DNA of 64,000 nt, taken from NCBI GenBank assembly GCA_965205505.1, contig CBDBHB010000009.1:1504001-1568000 (forward strand). The letters are read 5' to 3'. Positions 58,084-64,000 of the stretch are shown here, piece after piece. Positions within the stretch are counted from its first letter, which is position 1, and every line of letters begins with the position of its first letter. The position numbers and the translations under genes are program-made. The notes under the pieces are model-generated. The model saw nothing but the letters and a program-made list of their open reading frames with translations. It searched no databases and was not told the origin of the DNA. Source of the DNA: Acidobacteriota bacterium. GTDB taxonomy: Bacteria > Acidobacteriota > UBA890 > WLXD01.

Positions 58084-59549
58084 TGAGCTATCCGGTGCTG
58101 TCGGTCACGACGTTCCTGCCGCTACTGGGCGCCGTGGTGATCCTGCTCGTCGGCGGAGCGCGGCGGGCGCGTTGGATTGCGCTGGCCACGACATCAGCGA
58201 CGCTGGCTGTCTCGGTGCCGCTGTACACGGGCTTCGACAAGGGCTCGGGCGCACTGCAGTTCGTCGAGTCGGCCCATTGGATCCCGGCCTGGAACATCAC
58301 CTACAGCATGGGTGTGGACGGAATCAGCCTGCCGTTTATTTTCCTCGCAACGCTGCTGAGCGTGCTCTGTGTGAGCGTCTCGTGGACCGCGGTGCAGACC
58401 AAGCCGCGCGAGTTCTACGCCGCGCTCATGGTGGCCGAGACGGCGATGATAGGCTTGTTCGCCGCCTCGAACCTGTTCTTGTTCTTTGTTTTCTGGGAGC
58501 TCATCGTCGTTCCGATCTTTCTGCTGGTCGGTGTTTGGGGCGGACCGGGGCGCGTCTTTGCCTCGGTCAAGTTCCTTATCTTCACCTTGACCGGAAGCGT
58601 CTTGATGCTCGTGGGGATGATCGCGCTGCACCAGGCGGCCGGCACCCTCGATTTCAGGGCGCTCGCCCTTGCCCAACAGCAACTCGATCCGGTAACTCAG
58701 GGCTGGCTCTTCGCTGCTTTCCTGGCCGCGTTCGCCGTCAAGGTGCCGATGTTCCCGGTGCACACGTGGCTGCCGAACGCCCACACCGAGGCACCCACGG
58801 CAGGTAGCGTGATTCTGGCCGGAATTCTCCTGAAGATGGGCGCCTACGGGTTCTTGCGGGTCTCGCTCCCCATCCTTCCCGAGGGCGTGCAGCTGTTCCT
58901 CACCCCCATGCTGGTGCTCTCCGCGGTGGCGATCGTCTACGGCGCCTATGTGACCTTGGTGCAGACAGACGTCAAACGTCTGATCGCCTATTCCAGCGTC
59001 AGCCACATGGGCTTCGTCACGCTGGGCATATTCACCCTCGACCAGAGCGGTGTCGAGGGCGCGATCCTGCAGATGATCAACCACGGGATCATCTCCGCGG
59101 CGCTCTTCCTGTGCGTCGGGATGATCTACGAGCGCACCCACACGCGCGAGATCAAGGACTACGGTGGCGTCGCCAGGCTGGCGCCGGTCTACAGCACGAT
59201 GCTGGCGTTCTTCTGCCTGGCGGCCACCGGGTTGCCGGGATTGAACTCCTTCGTCGGCGAGTTCCTCATCGTCAGCGGCGCGTTCAGAACGCAGGTATGG
59301 CTCGGTGTCGCCGCTGTCTGGGGCGTTGCCCTGGGAACGGCGTACATGGTCTGGCTGTACTACCGAGTGGTGATGGGGCGGCCGAACCCGGGGCTCGAGG
59401 GGCTCAAGCTCGAGCTCAATTCGCGTGAGTTCGTGACCTTGGCGCCGCTGGTCTTGCTCGCCTTGTGCCTGGGTCTCTATCCCGAGCTCGTCCTGTCCTA
59501 TCTTCGCGTGCCTGTGGCGGAACTCTTGGCCATCGGAGGCCTGCAGTGA
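58080..59549 (+). CDS. nuoM: Complex I subunit M
   Basis: GVDGIS, FWE, KVPMFPVHTWLPNAHTEAPTAGSVILAGILLKMG and AYSSVSHMG motifs. Confidence 0.93.
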   Translation: MMSYPVLSVTTFLPLLGAVVILLVGGARRARWIALATTSATLAVSVPLYTGFDKGSGALQFVESAHWIPAWNITYSMGVDGISLPFIFLATLLSVLCVSVSWTAVQTKPREFYAALMVAETAMIGLFAASNLFLFFVFWELIVVPIFLLVGVWGGPGRVFASVKFLIFTLTGSVLMLVGMIALHQAAGTLDFRALALAQQQLDPVTQGWLFAAFLAAFAVKVPMFPVHTWLPNAHTEAPTAGSVILAGILLKMGAYGFLRVSLPILPEGVQLFLTPMLVLSAVAIVYGAYVTLVQTDVKRLIAYSSVSHMGFVTLGIFTLDQSGVEGAILQMINHGIISAALFLCVGMIYERTHTREIKDYGGVARLAPVYSTMLAFFCLAATGLPGLNSFVGEFLIVSGAFRTQVWLGVAAVWGVALGTAYMVWLYYRVVMGRPNPGLEGLKLELNSREFVTLAPLVLLALCLGLYPELVLSYLRVPVAELLAIGGLQ

Positions 59550-60967
59550 GGGCCCCCAACGCCGCCGATCTGGCCTTGCTGGTGCCGGAGATGATTCTCG
59601 TCGTCGCCGTGCTGGCGCTCATGCTCGCGGCGCGCCGCATTCGACAGGGGCATGTCGCCTCCATAGGCACCGCAGTCGCCGCGCTGGCCGCAGGGATTGC
59701 CGCGAGTCAGGCTTCGTTATCGGGCGTGACCAGCGGCTTCGCCGGCATGTTCGTGCTGGATGGCTACTCACAGTTCTTCAAGTTGCTGATCGCCGCGGCA
59801 CTGCTGTTAGCCACCCTGCTCTCGGTAGGGCGCCGTCAGGACGACGGCATCCCGCGCGGCGACTACCACGTGCTGCTGCTTCTGGCTGCCACCGGAATGA
59901 TGATCTCGGTTTCGGCCGCCGACCTCATTCCGCTATACCTCGCCCTCGAGCTGATGACCCTCTGCTCGTACATCCTCGTCGGCATCCGGGTGGAGAGGCC
60001 GGCGTCCAATGAGGCGGCGATCAAGTATTTCCTGCTCGGTTCCTTTGCTTCGGCGTTGTTGCTTTTCGGCATCAGCCTCACGTATGGGCTCACCGGCACG
60101 ACCGCCTATGAGGGCATCGCCTCGGCGCTGTACTCGCGAGGCCTGGTAAGCCAGCCGTTCCTGCTGGTCGCCATCGGACTGGTGGTGGGCGGGCTTGCCT
60201 TCAAGATCGCCGCGGTGCCATTCCACGCGTGGGCGCCGGATGCCTACCAGGGCGCCAGCGCACCGGTTGCCGGGTTCCTGGCGGCCGGTTCCAAGGCGGC
60301 CGGCCTGGCAGCGCTCGGGCGGGTCCTGATGGTCGCGTTCGGTACGGAGGCCGCCGTGCTCTCGACAATCGTGGTGGCGTTGGCTGGGCTGTCCCTGCTC
60401 GTCGGCAGCATCCTGGCGCTGTCGCAGACCGACATGAAACGCCTGCTGGCCTATTCGTCCATCGCCCACGCAGGGTACGCGCTGCTCGGTCTCGTTGCCG
60501 GCACGCCCTCGGGCGCCTCCGCCACCATGACGTATGCTTTCTTCTATGTGTTCATGACGCTCGGAGCCTTCGGCGTGGTCATCGCGCTGGGCGAGCGCGG
60601 CGAGAAGCTGGACGGCTTTCAAGGGTTGGCTGCGCAACGACCAGCGCTGGCCGCGGTCATGCTGCTGTTCCTGCTGTCGCTCACCGGGTTCCCACCGACG
60701 GCGGGATTCGTGGCCAAGTTCGGGGTCATTACGAGCGCGGTGCAGGCAGGCTACGTTGCCCTGGCGATTCTTGCGGTTGGCTGCAGCGTGATCACCGCGT
60801 TCGTCTACATGCGGGTGGCGGTGCTCATGTATATGAGCAGTACCGTTGCACCGCCGCCGCCGCGTTTCCCGCTGGCGGTGACGGCGGCGCTGGCGGTAGC
60901 GGCGTTGGTCACCCTGGCCGGTGGGATCTTCCCTGCTGGCCTGATGTCCTGGGCGGTGTCGCCATGA
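59546..60967 (+). CDS. nuoN: Complex I subunit N
   Basis: EAAIKYFLLG, FKIAAVPFHAWAPDAYQGA, LAYSSIAHAGY and GFPPTAGFVAK motifs. Confidence 0.92.
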   Translation: MRAPNAADLALLVPEMILVVAVLALMLAARRIRQGHVASIGTAVAALAAGIAASQASLSGVTSGFAGMFVLDGYSQFFKLLIAAALLLATLLSVGRRQDDGIPRGDYHVLLLLAATGMMISVSAADLIPLYLALELMTLCSYILVGIRVERPASNEAAIKYFLLGSFASALLLFGISLTYGLTGTTAYEGIASALYSRGLVSQPFLLVAIGLVVGGLAFKIAAVPFHAWAPDAYQGASAPVAGFLAAGSKAAGLAALGRVLMVAFGTEAAVLSTIVVALAGLSLLVGSILALSQTDMKRLLAYSSIAHAGYALLGLVAGTPSGASATMTYAFFYVFMTLGAFGVVIALGERGEKLDGFQGLAAQRPALAAVMLLFLLSLTGFPPTAGFVAKFGVITSAVQAGYVALAILAVGCSVITAFVYMRVAVLMYMSSTVAPPPPRFPLAVTAALAVAALVTLAGGIFPAGLMSWAVSP

Positions 60968-61055
60968 ACCCGACAACGGTGCGAGATGCCGCGTTCCCGC
61001 CCGTGCTAGATTTCAAAGTCCTTCTTCAACTGCCCGCTACCAAGGTCGTCGACTC

Positions 61056-61409
61056 GTGAACGAGTACATCGGCATTGCCGTCATTTTCGTGCTCGCCGGT
61101 GGCCTCGCCGGCGTCATGGTCTGGCTGGGCTCGGTGCTGGGGAAAAAGAACTCCACCGCCGAGAAGCTGGGCCCTTTCGAGTGCGGTCAGGAGCCCTTTT
61201 CCTTGCCCATCGGGAAGCTGGCGGTGAAGTTCTATCTAACCGCGATTCTGTTCATTCTGTTCGACGTCGAGCTCGTCTTTCTCTACCCCTGGGCCGTGCT
61301 CTACCGCCGGCTAGGGCTCCTCGGTCTGGTGGAGATGGGGGTGTTTCTCGGCATCCTGATCGTCGGCTACGTGTACGCCCGCGACAACGGCGCCCTGGAC
61401 TGGAAGTGA
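61056..61409 (+). CDS. nuoA: Complex I subunit A
   Basis: PFECG, FILFDVE, YPWA and GALDW motifs. Confidence 0.93.
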   Translation: MNEYIGIAVIFVLAGGLAGVMVWLGSVLGKKNSTAEKLGPFECGQEPFSLPIGKLAVKFYLTAILFILFDVELVFLYPWAVLYRRLGLLGLVEMGVFLGILIVGYVYARDNGALDWK

Positions 61410-61410
61410 C

Positions 61411-61932
61411 ATGCAGAAAGACCCGTCTTACTTCGGCCAAAGCGAACCGTCGTACTTCACCAGCCGTCTCGATGCGGCGATCGGCTGGGCCCGCAAGTAC
61501 TCGATCTTTCAGTACCCGTTCGTCACCGCCTGTTGCGGCATGGAGTACATGGCCGCTGCTTGCTCCCACTACGACGTCGACCGATTCGGCGCAGGGCTAC
61601 CGCGATTCTCCCCCCGTCAGGCCGACGTGCTCTTCGTCGTCGGCACCATCAGCCACAAGATGGCTCCGGTGCTGAAGCGCATCCACGAGCAGATGGCAGA
61701 TCCCAACTGGGTCGTCGCTTTCGGGGTGTGCACGTGCACCGGCGGCTTCTACGACAACTACGCGACCGTCATGGGCATCGACACGATCATGCCGGTGGAT
61801 GTCTACATTCCCGGATGTCCACCGCGGCCGGAGATGGTCCTGGACGGGCTGATGAAGCTGCAAGACAAGATCCAAGCGCAGCACACGACCGGCAAGCGCC
61901 CCGAGCCGGAACAACGGCCGGACATCTTCTGA
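61411..61932 (+). CDS. nuoB: Complex I subunit B (N2 cluster)
   Basis: ACCGME, SPRQAD, GVC and YIPGCPPRPE motifs. Confidence 0.93.
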   Translation: MQKDPSYFGQSEPSYFTSRLDAAIGWARKYSIFQYPFVTACCGMEYMAAACSHYDVDRFGAGLPRFSPRQADVLFVVGTISHKMAPVLKRIHEQMADPNWVVAFGVCTCTGGFYDNYATVMGIDTIMPVDVYIPGCPPRPEMVLDGLMKLQDKIQAQHTTGKRPEPEQRPDIF

Positions 61933-61934
61933 CC

Positions 61935-62516
61935 ATGGACAACTCCTCGTTGCTCGCATCGGTCACCGACCGATTCCCGGATGCGGTGCTTGCCTCGCAC
62001 GCGTACCGCGGCGACGCCACGCTGCTGTTGCGTCCGGAGTCACTGCTCGCGGTTGCGCGCTTCCTCAAGGAGGACGCGGCGCTGCGGATGAACTTCCTGG
62101 TGGACGTGACCGCGGTCGACTATTCCGCTTTCGGAAAGGCGCCGGCACGCGCGTTCTTCGCATCCTCTGGTGTATCTGTGAGGCCTTCTGCGCAGATACC
62201 CGACCCGGACCCATGGCCCGGACCCCAGAGCGAGGGGCGCTTCGCAGTCGTGTACCACTTCTATTCGATGACCCAAAAGCATCGACTCCGGCTGGTGGTA
62301 CCGGCGCAGGAGGATGAGCCAGAGGTGGACTCGCTGATCTCGCTGTGGCCGGCAGCCAACTGGCTCGAGCGTGAGGTGTGGGACATGTTCGGGATCAGTT
62401 TCACCGGACACCCTGACCTCCGGCGGATTCTCATGTACGAGCCCTTCGAAGGCCACCCGTTGCGCAAGGACTATCCCGTCAACAAGCGCCAGCCCCTCAT
62501 CGGGCCGCAGAACTAG
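61935..62516 (+). CDS. nuoC: Complex I subunit C with an internal insertion
   Basis: DVTAVDY, RFAVVYH, EREVWDMFG and GHPLRKDYP motifs. Confidence 0.9.
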   Translation: MDNSSLLASVTDRFPDAVLASHAYRGDATLLLRPESLLAVARFLKEDAALRMNFLVDVTAVDYSAFGKAPARAFFASSGVSVRPSAQIPDPDPWPGPQSEGRFAVVYHFYSMTQKHRLRLVVPAQEDEPEVDSLISLWPAANWLEREVWDMFGISFTGHPDLRRILMYEPFEGHPLRKDYPVNKRQPLIGPQN

Positions 62517-62530
62517 ACGGTCTGCTCGCC

Positions 62531-63916
62531 ATGGCCATGCAAAAGAACCCGATAGTGGAGACGAGATCGATCTCCGAGCCGGATGCTGCCGGACTCGAAA
62601 CGCGCGACATGATGCTCAACATCGGTCCCGCCCATCCGGCCATGCACGGCATTATTCGCATCGTCGCCAAGCTCGAGGGCGAGCAGATCGAAGCCGCCGA
62701 CGTCGAGATCGGCTATCTCCACCGCGGCTTCGAGAAGATGTCGGAGACGGTCGACTACAACGGCGTCGTGCCCTACACCGATCGACTCAACTACGTATCG
62801 CCACTGATCAACAACATGGGCTACTGCATGGCGGTGGAGAAGCTCCTCGGGATCTCGGTGCCCGAGCGTTGTCACTACGTGCGCGTCATCATGTCCGAGA
62901 TCTCGCGCGTCTCGGACCATCTCACGTGCGTTGGTGCCACCGCCATGGAGCTCGGCGCCTTCACCGTCTTCCTCTACATGATCAAGGCGCGCGAGTATCT
63001 CTGGGAGCTCGTGGAGCAGGTCACCGGGGCGCGGCTGACCATCACCTACTGTCGTGTTGGCGGAGTGAAGGCTGACCTTCCAGACGGGTTCGCCGAGGCT
63101 TGCGTCGAGGCGTTCAAGGAGACCCGCAAGGTGCTGGAGGAGTCCAACGCGCTCCTCACCCGCAACCGCATCTTCGCAGATCGCATGAACGACACCGGCG
63201 CGATCTCGGCGGAAGACGCCATCGCCTATGGGATCACCGGGCCGTTCCTGCGCGCCAGCGGCGCCGAGTACGACGTCCGTAAGGATTGCCCGTACGCCGT
63301 CTACGACCAGATCGACTTCGATGTGCCGGTGGGCACTCGCGGCGACAACATGGATCGGTATCTGGTGCGTATGGAGGAGATGGAGCAATCCATGCGCATC
63401 GTCGAAAGGGCACTGGAGCAGATACCCGGTGGCCCAGTGCTGGTGAATCCCGAGACCGGGCGTCCAATCCCGGCTGCGGAGATGGTCGACCTCGCCAAGA
63501 TGGGCGACATCGGCGCGTTCTCGGGCGGATGCGCCGTGACCGGTCCGACCCTCGAGGGTTCGGGTCGTCTCTACCTTCCATCGATCGCCACCGACGAGAA
63601 GCGCGCTTTCTTCCCTGCGAAGGAGGACAGCTACGGCAACATCGAGGGGCTCATGCAGCAGTTCAAGCTCGTCATGCACGGCCACGGCGTGCGTCCTCCG
63701 GTAGGAGAGGTTTACCACCCGGTGGAGGGTGCCAACGGCGAGCTCGGGTTCTACGTGGTGAGCGATGGCGCCGGCAACGCCTACCGGGTTCGGGTGCGGC
63801 CGCCATGCTTTGCCATCATGTCAGCGCTATCGAAGCTGCTCGAAGGCGAAATGATCGCCGATATGGTTCCCACCTTCGGCTCGGTCAACATGATCGGCGG
63901 GGAGCTCGATCGGTGA
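62531..63916 (+). CDS. nuoD: Complex I subunit D with an internal insertion
   Basis: NIGPAHPAMHG, GYLHRGFEK, DRLNY, EGANGELG and GELDR motifs; no NiFe CxxC pairs. Confidence 0.93.
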   Translation: MAMQKNPIVETRSISEPDAAGLETRDMMLNIGPAHPAMHGIIRIVAKLEGEQIEAADVEIGYLHRGFEKMSETVDYNGVVPYTDRLNYVSPLINNMGYCMAVEKLLGISVPERCHYVRVIMSEISRVSDHLTCVGATAMELGAFTVFLYMIKAREYLWELVEQVTGARLTITYCRVGGVKADLPDGFAEACVEAFKETRKVLEESNALLTRNRIFADRMNDTGAISAEDAIAYGITGPFLRASGAEYDVRKDCPYAVYDQIDFDVPVGTRGDNMDRYLVRMEEMEQSMRIVERALEQIPGGPVLVNPETGRPIPAAEMVDLAKMGDIGAFSGGCAVTGPTLEGSGRLYLPSIATDEKRAFFPAKEDSYGNIEGLMQQFKLVMHGHGVRPPVGEVYHPVEGANGELGFYVVSDGAGNAYRVRVRPPCFAIMSALSKLLEGEMIADMVPTFGSVNMIGGELDR

Positions 63917-64000
63917 ACCTGCCGGATCTCGAGGGTCAGGCACGGGAGATCGTGCAGCTTTACGAGTACCCCAAGGCGGCGATGCTGCCGGTGCTGTGGC
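63913..64000 (+). CDS. nuoE: Probable complex I subunit E, N-terminus only
   Basis: GTGA overlap with nuoD; MNLPDLEGQAREIVQLYEYPKAAMLPVLW resembles the NuoE N-terminus. Confidence 0.7.
   Translation, partial: MNLPDLEGQAREIVQLYEYPKAAMLPVLW

Noticed and set aside
62531-63916. Group 4 NiFe hydrogenase / formate hydrogenlyase interpretation of the nuo-like operon
   Set aside because: The D subunit lacks both Ni-binding CxxC motifs and has complex I quinone-site motifs; nuoA, J and K are present.

Overview
GC-rich bacterial chromosomal window, most likely Acidobacteriota (inferred from the PadR + duplicated ADOP-type permease pair, the DUF1592/DUF1552/ankyrin module and the Ser/Thr kinase-TonB_C fusion). 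Main content: secreted beta-propeller and peptidase proteins, PLP enzymes, two selenocysteine (UGA + SECIS) formate dehydrogenases (a periplasmic FdnGHI-FdhE set and a cytoplasmic NuoEF-FdhF set), a xylA/xylB sugar operon, AlaX, an aldehyde dehydrogenase, gdhA next to a receiver/PPDK_N fusion of unknown function, thiC, and a permuted complex I-like operon (J-K-antiporter-small-antiporter-M-N-A-B-C-D-E) with four antiporter-like subunits. The most unusual non-coding signal is four CTAG-bounded MITE-like elements from two unrelated terminal-repeat families. Together they carry six copies of one fixed-spacing 52-53 nt core (GCGTYG-N11-CGATR-N7-CATCG-N13/14-CCTTG) inside covarying stems. There are also about eight gene remnants or deletion chimeras, and several +1 frameshifts that look like long-read errors. 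No rRNA, tRNA, CRISPR array or transposase was recognised. All protein assignments come from reading motifs by eye; no database search was run.
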